A stretch of 64,000 nucleotides of DNA. Origin: Octopus vulgaris (Eukaryota). Positions 1-12,486 of this stretch are shown in pieces. Where the stretch lies: positions 36,084,001 through 36,148,000 of the forward strand of contig OX597839.1 in assembly GCA_951406725.2 (NCBI GenBank). The letters run 5' to 3'. Numbering within the stretch: position 1 is the first letter of the stretch; each line of letters begins with the position of its first letter. Both the position numbers and the translations under genes were made by a program. Below the pieces are notes generated by a model. It worked only from the letters and a program-made list of their open reading frames with translations. It searched no databases and was not told the origin of the DNA.

Positions 1-339
1 GTTGGGGGGGATTATCTTGCTAATAAAATACCTATATCTATGTGTGTGTGTGTGTGTGTGTTTGATTTTGCTCTCGTTTCACAAACATTGGTATGCAGAG
101 TGTAGACTTAGTTTTAACACTAACAGCATGTATTTATGTGCGTGTGTGGCGGTGTATATATTCGTATATGTTAGTGTATATTTTTTTTGTATATATATGT
201 ACGAGAGGTATTTGAATATATAATGTGTGTGTGTGTATAAGACTACATATTTGATGTATTTTGTATATGATGAAAATATACGTCGAAACTATATTCCCAC
301 TTTAAAAAAACGTATATTTGGAAGATATTGCATACAGCA

Positions 340-369
340 ATACAGACTATATATATATATACATATATA

Positions 370-424
<55 letters not shown>

Positions 425-780
425 CATATATATATGCTATATATATGTATGTATATACATATATATACATACATATGTGTATAAATATATCATATATATA
501 AATTCATTAATACATATATAATATACAAATTTGTATGTGTATATATATCTATCTATCTATCTATATATATATGATATATGTGTGTGCTTATGTATATATA
601 TATATATATATATATACATATATGTATGTGTATATATCTATATATATATATATATATGAATATAAACATTTACATGTACGTATGTATACGTGTATATTTA
701 TCTGTATGTATATATAACTATTTATATGTATTTCTGTTTATGTGTGTGTGTATACGTATGTATATATATATATGTATATA

Positions 781-874
<94 letters not shown>

Positions 875-890
875 GTATATAAATATACAT
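340..890. repeat. (TA)n-rich compound microsatellite
   Basis: Directly visible. Similar tracts occur throughout, e.g. 37820-37975 and 54160-54350. Confidence 0.97.
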
Positions 891-2221
891 GTCCTTAGAT
901 AGAGACAAATAATACACATATATATAGATATGAATATGTAATATATATATAGGTATATAATATGAATATTATATAGACTACATATATGTGTATATCTATA
1001 TCACATAAATAAATAAATATATTTCTGTGTAATTTCTGTCTATTTTTACGATTCCCATTCTGAATATAATTGGTTCTGCCAAGCAGGAGAAAGTATTTTT
1101 TATTCGTCATCGTTGTTTCAACCCCAAGTCGTCCCTGATCGAAGAGAGAGACATGATCAAAGCCATACCAGCCGTGGCTGTCCCTTCTTTTAAAGGCTAT
1201 ATAACACAACCTAATCTAATTTGGCCTCACCCACCCATACTTTTTTTGGTCTTTCAATTTGTTGTGTATATTTCGAGGAAAATTTTGTTGCTATAGCAAG
1301 AATATCGAATATATATATGCGTACATATGTATTGGTGTATATATATGTCTATAGCTGTGTGGATATATTTGAGTTTCGTGTATATATGTATGTGTGTGTG
1401 TGTGTGTGCGTCATTATGGTTAATGTGTGTGTGTGCTTATTATACAGTCTGAGTGTGTGTGTGTCATTATGGTTAATGTGTGTGTGTGTGTGCTTATTAT
1501 ACAGGTCTGTGTGTGTGTGTGCGTCATTATGGTAATGTGTGTGTGTGTGTGTGTGTGCGTCATTATGGTTAATGTGTGTGTGATTATGTGAAAATAGATG
1601 TGAGTGTTGTGTGTTTGGTGTGTATATATGACTGGTTATTTGTGAATTTAGCATACGTGACTAGGTGTGTTTAGTATTATTCGTGGCTGTAGGTATGTGT
1701 CCTTGTGTGTGGGGGTGGGGTGCGTCTGCGTGTGTCCTTTATGTGTGTGTGTGCATGTGCGTGTGTGTCCTTTGTGTGTGTGTGTGTGTGTGTGGATAAG
1801 TACGAAGACCGACTACAAATAGATGATTGACTGACGAAATATTTTTCTGTAACTAATAAAACCTAGCAATTCATCTTTTCATAACAAATGTCTGACATAA
1901 ATGGGAGAGAAATAAAAGCAAATTATGAGCGTGTGTGTATGTACGCATGCAAGTATTCATATATTTATAATATATATATATGTATGTGTATATATATTAT
2001 ATATTATATATATATATATATGTATGTATGTATGTGTATATATATGTATAGATATATATGTGGTTCAATGTATGTATGAGAAAAGTTTAAATAAGGTTGT
2101 TATTTTCAACCAAATTTAACGAGGGAACATTTACTGATGGTGTGGCTATACTGGGAGTTGATCTTCGTTATATGTGGGGTTGCGTGTGTCTATATATATA
2201 TAAATACATACATACATGAAC

Positions 2222-2286
<65 letters not shown>

Positions 2287-2299
2287 ACATACATACATA

Positions 2300-2340
<41 letters not shown>

Positions 2341-2891
2341 GTGTATATATGATAAGACCGATATTTAAATAACGATCTTATCCTTATATAAATTTATATA
2401 TATATACACACACACACACACGTATGAATAGGTTTAGCGATGCAAAGAGGAAAAATACAACCCATAGCATGTGTAGAGATAGATGCAGGATTACAGAGTG
2501 ACTCAAGGGCCGAGATTTTCGTGCGTTACCACTTTATATAGGGTTACAGTAGATCAATCCTACGCTTAACTCGCATCGCCGACGTGATTAGAAAATCTTT
2601 AGAACTCCCAGATAGGTTATGGTGCCGAGTCTATGCACCGTATATACAAAATGAACTCGGTAGTAAGGTACACGTGTTTCGTGGGATTGGAAGATATCTG
2701 CCACTCACATGAAACACATGTACACTATATAAAACATTAATATAGGCTACATTTTCTGTGTTCCTTATATCCATATGTGCAAGTGTGTGTGCCCATACGT
2801 TTGGTATATTAAACACACACACACACATAAACATACATACTTGTATGTATGTATGTATATATATTGTTTCTCTCCTTGTTTTTTCTGTATA

Positions 2892-2929
2892 TCTTTCTGT
2901 TGAAGAGCGTAGGCTCGAAATGTAAAAGA
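2892..2929 (+). ncRNA. Minimal type-I hammerhead-like motif, variant core (family H1), in a ~165 bp dispersed element (~2860-3025)
   Basis: tcttt-CTGTTGA-A-gagc(gtag)gctc-GAAA-tg-TA-aaaga. Stem I is tcttt/aaaga, stem II is gagc/gctc, and stem III is 1 bp. Confidence 0.65.
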
Positions 2930-3697
2930 CTTTTTCTATTTCTATTCCTTAGCGCTATACTAATACATTTGTTTGTTTGTACTCCACCTGCCTTCGTCTT
3001 CTGTTTATTTTCGTAAACTTTCCTTATATATATGTGTGTGTGTGTGTGTAATCTTTCTTTCTTGACTTGACTACCGACCGCCATCATTTCTTGTATCCAT
3101 CTCTTGTGTTCCTGCCTCAAGGCTTTCACCCTATACACGCCAGCTCAATTTGATTCACACTCACTAGTCGAAAGACACCTGTTGTTATATTCTTGTTGTT
3201 TGTATTCGTAATGGTGTACCATGTTCTCCGTCTTATGTCTTTGTAACCGTACACATTCACTTGCTTTCTTACAAAGAATCTAATGCTCTTAGCTTAGACT
3301 TTTTGGGAGCAACTAGACTTGAACAGTCTCAAGTGTAACTACCCGAAACTGTAAGGACAATTTGGAAACTTGACTGATGACTTGTCCTTCTATTTGTTAT
3401 TTTTCCTGTCCACTTCTGTATCGTTTATTTGTCCGGGTGTTTTATTATTCTCTATTGCATTTTTCTCCCATTATATATTATATGTATTAAAGGTAGAACA
3501 TAAAAACACAACAAATGGAAACCGCCAAAACACAACGTGCAGAAAAAAGGACGACAGCACGACAACGGCAAAGCGGACGAAACAAGATGCACGGATCATT
3601 CACAGCCAATTCCCTCTTCAGTCAAAGTCCAGAATGTCCACATAGTTTCGCCCATCCATATATAGATATGCTTCAAATGACTGAAACAAGTAAAAGA

Positions 3698-3749
<52 letters not shown>

Positions 3750-3750
<1 letters not shown>

Positions 3751-4154
3751 TTACTCTTTTTACTTGTTTCAGTCACATGACTGTGGCCATGCTGGAGTAC
3801 CGCCTTTAGTCGAGCAAATCGACCCCAGGACTTATTCTTTGTAAGCCTAGTACTTATTCGATCGGTCTCTTTCGCCGAACCGCTAAGTTACGGGGACGTA
3901 AACACACCAGCATCGGTTGTCAAGCGATGTTGGGGGGACAAACACAAACATATACACACACAATACATACACACACACACACATATATATACGACGGGCT
4001 TCTTTCAGTTTCCGTCTACCAAATCCACTCACAAGGCTTTGGTCGGCCCGAGGCTATAGTAGAAGACACTTGCCCAAGGTGCCACGCAGTGGGACTGAAC
4101 CCGGAACCATGTGGTTCGTAAGCAAGCTACTTACCACACAGCCACTCCTACGCC
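3750..4154 (-). mobile_element. tRNA-derived SINE family A (octopus OR/OK-type, CORE-like segment), full length
   Basis: Head ggcg(c/t)aggagtggctgtgtggtaag..ccgggttcagtccc carries A/B boxes, followed by caccttgggcaagtgtctt, an internal (TA)n/(TG)n and an (AAAAGAGT)n tail. More than 20 related copies occur in the window. Confidence 0.9.
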
Positions 4155-4569
4155 TAGTATTGACGGTTTATTTGACTAAATCCTTCAAAGCGGTATGCTG
4201 TACTCCAGCATGGGCACAGTCCTATGACTGACTAAAACAAATGGAAGATAAAAATATAACGAGTTTTACGCTGTATTTTTCAGAATTATCTGTCCCTTCT
4301 GCTGAAGACTGAGTCATTGGATTCATTTATGCCACATTCTTTCTTGACAATAAAAGTCTGTGGAATCTATGCAAAAAGCCTATTAGACAACGGTTAGGTT
4401 TCTCTCGAAATTTGAAGCAAAACGTTGCAAAAGTGAGGCGTTTATTGTTTGAACCAACAAACTGTATTCACAAAAAGAAGGAAAAAAATAATAGAAAATT
4501 TATTTGTGTCTGTTTCTAAAATGTCAACATAATCGGTGACATTTGCATTTTTAAAGCATTGGACCTGGC

Positions 4570-4610
<41 letters not shown>

Positions 4611-4922
4611 CACTCTTCAGCACATATTTATCAGTTTCGTCCTGTCTTTAGTGAAGCTACAAAAACAATTTTCAAACATTTCTTCGGGTGTAGCCATGAT
4701 AGCTCTCTCTCTCTCTCTCTTTTTTCTTTTCTTGTTTCAGTCACTAGACAGGGGGCTATGTTGGAGCACAGCCCCTAAGAGGTTTGGTATAACAATTTGG
4801 TCCCCACCGTTCAGTTACATCAACACAAAGAAACCAACACCGGTTGTGAAATGGTTGTGGAGAACAAGCACAACATAAACCCACACACACATACACACAC
4901 ACACACACATATATAGATATAG

Positions 4923-4972
<50 letters not shown>

Positions 4973-5049
4973 GTATCTATATTATTATTTGATTGAACGT
5001 CACACATCCATTTCCTAGTAAATTTATCTGTGTGTGTGTGTGTGTATTT

Positions 5050-6865
5050 CAATAAGGAGCAAATAGTTCAGAAATTATTTGCAAAGATACTATTAACTTT
5101 ATTATCGTCTATAGTAACAATTAAATTATTAATAACACAATCAATAATATAGGCGAATGCAGCCCCACCACCACCACCAAAAGCATTAAATAGCTGAAGG
5201 ATTAAAATTTATATGAATCAAAGGACATACTGAGTGACATAGTCAGTATGTCCTTATATAGATATCATTAGCAAAGATATCAATGACAGGGTAATAACCG
5301 TCCTTAAGTCTAAAATTAGATTAGCTCCCTGGTCTCATACCCAGGAGATGGTTGAATGGTTCTAGATTCTAGAAATTAATAAAACTAGTAAATTCTTGCA
5401 ACTTGATATAGAGAGCTACTATACCACTATCAACCCAAGCATTCTCAAAGCCATGATTTTTAGCATGAAAAATTCCAATTTGTCCCGACACGAAATAGAT
5501 ATTATTCTTGTCATGCGAGCCACTCTAGTATATTTTGATGGTACACTATGGAGTAGATTAGATAGGGAAAATGCATTTGATATAGCAATGGGCTCACACG
5601 ATTCTGCTCAAGCCAGTAACCTAATCAGACAGAATATATATCCTTTCATTAATCCAGTCTTCTTTCCTGAAGTAACAGGGGGTCTATATAAAGATGATGT
5701 CTTATTTTCCTAGACAGAAGTAGTAAAGTACAGTTAGAAAGGCATACGAAAAATTTCTTTCAACTTTTCAAAAATTTAGGACAAAACATTTCTATAGGTA
5801 AGGATTATCGTAGAGTGAATTTTCTTGATGCTACCTTCTATCTTGTTACTGGATTATTTGAACCATTTCATAAACCAAATAATCATATTAAGTACATTAA
5901 TGTAGCATCCAACCATCCACCCTCAATTATACAGGGACTAATTAAGCATATTTCTACTAGAATTTCTACATTATCTGCTACCAGTAAAATTTTCGGATCT
6001 CATGCATCTTATTATAATGATGCTCTATCTAAGGATGGGTACCATCATAGAATTCAATATTTACAAGATGCAGGGCTTAAGCAACACTGATAATTCTTAC
6101 AACTGCGATGCACATCATATATCACCACAACGCTACCATTTTGAGAAATCATTCAGATAAAGAATACAGGCCAGAAAGAATTGGTCATGATCTACCAAAG
6201 AAAACTCATAGACACATGTGACATAGTAATTCATCTGCTTGTTCCAATCCTGTAGAATACACGAGATCAAATAGACCTAACAACAGATATAGGACTCAGG
6301 ATGTCCTCTGGTTCAACCCAATTTTCGGTTTGAATGTTTCAACCAGGATCGCTGGAAAATATTTTGCTGCTTTGGACAAGTGTTTTCCTAAACCCAATCA
6401 GTATCATGCTATTTTTAATTGGCACATCATGAAGGTATCCTATGCTAACTCTGCTAAGTTGGAGCAGCTTATGCATCGCATAAACAACAGCAACATGCGG
6501 CAAAGGTTCAGTAACCCACCTACTGGATCTAGCAAGCATTTACATCTAAATGCCAACCAAGGAGATGTAAACCACATTGATATTCATCAACTTCGACCAA
6601 TTTATAGTAGTAGCAATACTCATGGTACAGCTAGCATGATAACAATGCCGGTAAATGGAATCAGGATTGCCTATATTCAAATAAAAATGATAAATGCTCA
6701 TGCAGAGATAAATCAAAATGTCCTTTGATGAATCTGTGTATGAGTACAAATTTTGTATATAAATGTACTGTGCTCACAAGGGGAGGGTCAACATAAGGCC
6801 CTATGGTGACATTGGGCGGACGGCTGATTCATTTAAGAATTGTTATACAGAATGTTCATTTCCAT
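5050..6865 (+). mobile_element. Decayed Penelope-like retroelement (RT + Zn-linker + GIY-YIG), probably Naiad clade; pseudogenised
   Basis: Collinear PLE motifs across stops and frameshifts: IISKDINDRV..WSHTQEMVEWF (from 5261), FLQLDIESYYTTI, FDIAMGSHDSAQ, GLYKDD (RT core), VNFLD..KPNN..YINVASNHPPSII (5815-6090), WFNPIFGLNVSTRIAGKYF..FPK..IFN..MKVSY (6310-6450), KCSCRDKSKCPLMNLC..FVYKCTV (from 6692), then DIGRTADSFK (degenerate YIG). The 5' boundary is approximate. Confidence 0.9.
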
Positions 6866-7204
6866 CATTTATCTATTTATATAAACTCTACAGATTCTTT
6901 GGAATTCCTAATGTATATCCTGTAGCAAGAGAATTTCCAGTGTATGATGACATCAGGAAGCCAATACCTGTGGATGGGCTTTACCTAGCATGCTACAGGG
7001 TTTTTTCACTCAAATCTCATGTAACTAATACACACACACACACACTCACAGGCAGACACACATACAGAGATACATAAATACATGTATTCTAAAACAGAAA
7101 AGAAATGAATATCAAAAACTTGAATTCAGACTATTTTCAATCAATGGCTGTTGCACCTTACACACCAAATAAAATTACCTATGATCAGCCTCCCTACTTC
7201 ATCA

Positions 7205-7725
7205 TCGCTCACTCATCACACACCCTGCAGTCAACACCTCACTCAAACAGCCCTACACATCACATGCCTTCTTCTGAATACAACCCCCGCACTCAACAAT
7301 CCTACTCATTCACTAAGCCACCACAACTCAATACCTCCACTCAACAGCTCTAACCATCACACACACACACACACACAACCTTCACTCAACAACCCCCACT
7401 CAAGAACTTCTACTCAATAACCAACACTCAACAAGCCACACTCAACAATCCTATTCATTAACAGCCTTCACTTAGCCACCACTACTCAATAGCGTCACTC
7501 AACAGCTCTAACCATCACACACACACACACACCCAGGCAATCCTCACTCACCAACCTCGAATCAACAATCCCCACTCAATAACCAACACTCAACAAGCCA
7601 TGCTCAACAAGCCACACTCAACAAACCTACTCATCATATCCTCCATTCAATATCTCCACTCATCAGACCTACTCATCGCACACACTCAACAGCCCCACTA
7701 AACAACCCCACTCAACAGCCCCCAC
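7205..7725. repeat. Degenerate CACTCAAC(A) minisatellite
   Basis: Frequent cactcaac/tactcaat motifs at 13-16 bp spacing, with ~150-bp higher-order duplication. Confidence 0.85.
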
Positions 7726-8725
7726 CCAACCCCCTCTACGCAACATCCCTCCACCCCACACAAAACAACAACCCAACCCTACCCCCCGGCAGCTCCCCAC
7801 TACAGTGTGATTGAAGAGAAACGCGAACATTTTATTACAGGTATTTTTTGAAATGCTGGCAAGGTAGGGTTTCAGCAAATGCCGATGTGAAGAAGAAGAA
7901 AAAGAAGAAGAGAGAGAGAGAGAGAGAAGAGGGAAGAGAGAAAGAGAATGGTTTACCGTTTCCATCATGTAATCTATAGAATCTAGTAAAAGAGTCCGGA
8001 AATAGAAACTGAGATCGGAATATATTTAGAAAGCTTTTTTACATGTCTGGAATCTATAATGGCAGAAGACATGTTGGAAACTGGTTTACTGCAGAGGTGG
8101 AGGAGGGAGAGGCGAGATGGGGGTGTTTGTACGTGTGGTTGTGTGTGTGTGTGTGCATGAGAAGATGGTGTGTGTGTGCATTGAAAATGGAGACGTGTGT
8201 GTGTGTGTGTGTGTGTGTGTGCATGAGAAGATGGTGTGTGTGTGCATTGAAAATGGAGACGTGTGTGTGTGTGTGTATGTAAGAGAAAGAGAATGGGACA
8301 AAGAAAGTGTGTGTTTGTGTGTGTGTGTGTGTGTATGTGTGTGTGTGTGAAGATGGTGTGTGCTAAAAATGGTGACATGTGCATGTACGTGTGTGAGTGT
8401 GTGTGCGTGAAGGTGATGACGTGTGGGTGTGAGCGCGAAGAGGTGATGTCTTTGTGTATGTGCATGTGTGTGTGTGTGTGTGTGTGATACTAGCTAATGT
8501 TTATGTTAAAGGGAATGTGTGTTAGTGTGTTTATATATCTGAAGATGTATGAAGTGTATGTGTGTGTGTAGATAGTGTTCTGTATGTGTGAAAGATGGTG
8601 ATTTTTGTGTGTGTATGTGTGTATGTGACTCAATGTGTGCGAGTGAAAATAGTGACGTGTGAGAGTGCATGTGTGTAGTTTTATCTAATATTTAAGCTTG
8701 AGAGAATATGGGTTAGAAAGAGAGG

Positions 8726-8758
<33 letters not shown>

Positions 8759-10919
8759 GTATTTTATTAGGATATTAAGATATCCCCAGTATGAGCGACT
8801 GAGTATAGCTGAGTGTTGAATGAAGCAGAGTTTTGAGTGGAGAGGAGTGTTGAGTAGAACTGAGTAGAGTGAAGTGCTGAGTTTGAGGATCAAATGGCTT
8901 ACAAATAACAGAATATCACTGAGACACAGAAGGAGAGGTTTCTGATCAAATATATAATGTGCCTCAATGGTTGAATAACAGTTATATAACGGTTATATAA
9001 TAGATATATGATAAGGTTGATATGTGGGTGGGGAATGCTGGCTGTACAGGGTGGCCATTTTGGGAGATAGTAGTAGTAGTAGAAAATATATTACTTTCAA
9101 GGAAGAGAGCATGTGATGATTATATAATGCATATATAATTAAAACATTGTTGTTATGTAAAGTATATATAATTTATACTTGATCGTTATATAACGTATAT
9201 GAAATGGCCATATAAAACATATATGTGGGCATATAATGTTGCTCTTACAGAATATGTAATGCTTCTAATATCAAGTTAACGAGTAAAAGCGGAATAATAT
9301 CCATAGCAGTTTTCAACACTACACCATGTATGTGTGTGTGTGTGGGCGTTTGAGCCTGAATGATTGCTGCATTTTGCATGGTACACCATACATTCTGCTG
9401 TATGATTACCTTACCAAGCAAACATGAAACTTGAAGTAGCTCCAGAAATTCATGAAACTTGGAAAACTCCTATTATAATTCATTAAATGACATTTATCCC
9501 CCGCTAAATTGGGGTCTTTTCTGATGATCATATCGACATGTGAAAATAAACCATTCAATGAGAGTACAGTATACTGAATTTCAAATAAGTGCTCTTGGTA
9601 AGGAAATGTCTAAAATCTTAAAGGTATTTAGACATTTAATATATATACATGCATACATACCAATATTTTATGGCGGGATAGAATTAATAAGTGTCTCTTG
9701 TGTTTAACTGATGGCACTTAATTTGTGCTAAACCCCAGAAAAATAAAGGGTGATATCTGAACTTTATTGTGATTTGAACTCAAAATAGTTTAGTGATAAG
9801 CTAACTACGATAACATATCCTGTTTCACTTCTTGGACATGTACACTACTCTCTCAAGAAATATTTAATTAGATGATATGTAAAGATGTCTCAATGAAAAT
9901 TGTCCATTGTTTATTGGTCGTCTGTCTTTTCTTCGGCAGACGACCGACACAAATCAATATCATTTGGCTGCCTGTTTTAACTTATAATAAATTATAACCT
10001 TTCAAATATTTGATTTAATATTTTCCCGCTTTTAATAACGACTTCAGCAAACAATTGCTTCACTGTAATAACTACGATATAGTTGCTATTTAATATGTCT
10101 AACCCATTCGCTAGTAGTGTCGCCTACTTTTTACATATTCTTTCAGAAATCGAGGATGACCTTAATCGTCTACATCCTTTCTCTGGGTATATGAGATATT
10201 CGAGACCGTGTCCCTGTGTTAGAAATCAATATATATTCTCTGTGTTATGTGTGCTTTAGTTCCAATCAATATCTCTTCTCTATGTACGCTTTAGAGTCCG
10301 ATCGATATATCTTCTCTGTGTGTGTGCGCTGTAGTTCCAAGTTGCCGAAGTAGAAACGTTCTTCTCTTCGCCATTGACGTTTTTCATCCACATTGCTTAT
10401 GTTGTTATTCATTTATTAATTTATTTTTTCCCCCATTTTATTTCTGTAAAAAAAAAAAAATATATTTACGATATCTCTTAATCGTTGTTATTGAAAAATT
10501 TCTCACGATATTTGAAAAATTGACTACAATTGATTTACCATTTAAAGACAAACACATTTCCATCTTCTTCCTCTCTTTATCTTCGTCTTCATCTTTTGCT
10601 ATCATCTTTCTCTTTCATCTCGCTCAGGTTTAATACGTTTAAAATCCCCAGTTATGGCCAATCCGATTTCTTAAAACCATTTACAGATGTTAGCAATCAA
10701 TATATGTTGTATTATTGAGAGGGAAAAGCAGCTTCAGATTAAATATAAAACTCCATATTTATTAAATTGTCCAGAATGTATTGGAGGCTATCAGCACTTT
10801 TTTTCTTTTTTATCGATACCCACGTAAATATTCCTTAAATCCAGCCAAAGTTTTGTGATTTCCAATATGACAGACAAAGAAATTGAAATAATAAAGAATG
10901 AGAGAACTGTTTTATATTT

Positions 10920-11636
10920 TATCTTTTGCTTGTTCCAGTCATTGGGCTGTGGCCATGCTGCAGCACCACAGAAATTGAAATAATAAAGAATGAGAGAACT
11001 GTTTTATATTTTATCGTTTGCTTGTTCCAGTCATTGGGTTGCGGCCATGCTGCAGCACCACCTTAAGGGGTTTTAGTTGAATAATTTGACCCCAGAATTT
11101 AAAGTTTTTCTTTTAAGTTTGGTACTTATTCTATCAGCTTCTTTTGCCGAATTGCCAAGTTAGTGGGACATAATCAAACTAACAGCGGTTGTCAAGTGGT
11201 GATGGGGAAACAAACACAACACAAACACAAGAATATACACGCATATGTATATATGGCGGGCTTCCACACAATTTCTTATTTCTTTACTGCCCACAAGGGG
11301 CTACAAAGAGGGGACAAACAAGGACAGACAAACGGATTAAGTCGATTATATCGACTCTAGCGCTTAACTGGTATTTATTTAATCAACCTCAAAAGGACGA
11401 AAGGCAAAGTTGACCTCGGCGGAATTTGAACTCAGACAGTCAATATACCGCTAAGCATTTTGCCTGGTGTTCTAACATTTCTGCCAGCTCACCGCTTCCA
11501 CATAATTTCTGCCTATCACAAGGCTTTGGTTGACCTGAAATTATAGTAGAACATATTTAGCCAGCGTGCCGTGCAGTGGGACTGAACCCGAAACTATGTA
11601 ATCACAAAGGGAGTTTCTTAACGGCACAGCCATGCC
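10920..11636 (-). mobile_element. Old SINE A copy interrupted by a SINE B insertion (11277-11495)
   Basis: SINE A 3' and 5' halves flank a SINE B copy with TSD cttccaca(c/t)aatttct (11261-11276 / 11495-11510). Confidence 0.8.
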
Positions 11637-11671
11637 TGACATATTATTTACAAGTTGACATTTATCGAGTT

Positions 11672-12055
11672 GGAGGCGCAATGGCCCAGTGGTTAGGGCA
11701 GCGGACTCGCGGTCATAGGATCGTGGTTTCGATTACCAGACCGGGCGTTGTGAGTGTTTATTGAGCGAAAACACCTAAAAGCGCCACGAGGCTCCTGCAG
11801 GGGATGGTGGTGATCCCTGCTGTACTCTTTCACCACAACTTTCTCTCACTCTTACTTCCTGTTTCTGTTGTACCTGTATTTCAAAGGGCCGGCCTTGTCA
11901 CTCTCTGTGTCACGCTGAATATCCCCGAGAACTACGTTAAGGGTACACGTGTCTGTGGAGTGCTCAGCCACTTACACGTTAATTTCACGAGCAGGCTGTT
12001 CCGTTGATCGGATCAACCGGAACCCTCGTCGTCGTAACCGACGGAATGCTTCCCC
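11672..12055 (+). mobile_element. tRNA-derived SINE family C, full length
   Basis: Head ggaggcgcaatggcccagtggttaggg..ggtttcgattacc. The 13-bp TSD catttatcgagtt lies at 11659-11671 / 12056-12068. A near-identical body is at 43513-43830. Confidence 0.9.
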
Positions 12056-12145
12056 CATTTATCGAGTTTAATGCCTTTTATCGTATGTCCGATGAATCAA
12101 AACTGGCTTGGGGTTTTAATTAACATCTAACCCACACTAATTACA

Positions 12146-12183
12146 GCTTTCTGATGATTGTCAGTTGTCAGAAACGTTTGAGC
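12146..12183 (+). ncRNA. Minimal type-I hammerhead-like motif with canonical CUGAUGA core (solo, slightly decayed)
   Basis: gcttt-CTGATGA-t-tgtc(agtt)gtca-GAAA-cg-TT-tgagc. Stem I pairs 4/5 (one G-U), stem II pairs 3/4, and stem III is the palindromic ACGT. Confidence 0.5.
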
Positions 12184-12486
12184 CCATGGCCTAAAGTTTT
12201 TAACTTTTACTTTTGATGTTTTTCACTTCGTTGTGGTGGTGGTGGTGGTGGTGGTGGGTGTAGGTGTTGGTGTTGGCGGTGAAAGAAATGATAATGATGA
12301 TGATGATGGTAATGGTGGTCCTGGTGATGATGCCTAATTAATTATTAGATTTACGAAAATCATCTAATTAATTTCGCTAGAGAACACAAGAGAGTTGATA
12401 ATGAAAAGATACGAACACACACACACATACATATATTCATATATATTTATACACACACACGCACACATGTATGTATATGTATATAT

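Noticed and set aside
3917-4231. Recurrent peptide RRASFSFRLPNPLTRLWSARGYSRRHLPKVPRSGTEPGTMW in many ORFs
   Set aside because: It is the antisense translation of SINE A, not a gene family.
9520-9570. CTGATGA..GAAA hammerhead-like spacing
   Set aside because: Stem II is weak, and no stem III, UH site or stem I partner can be drawn.
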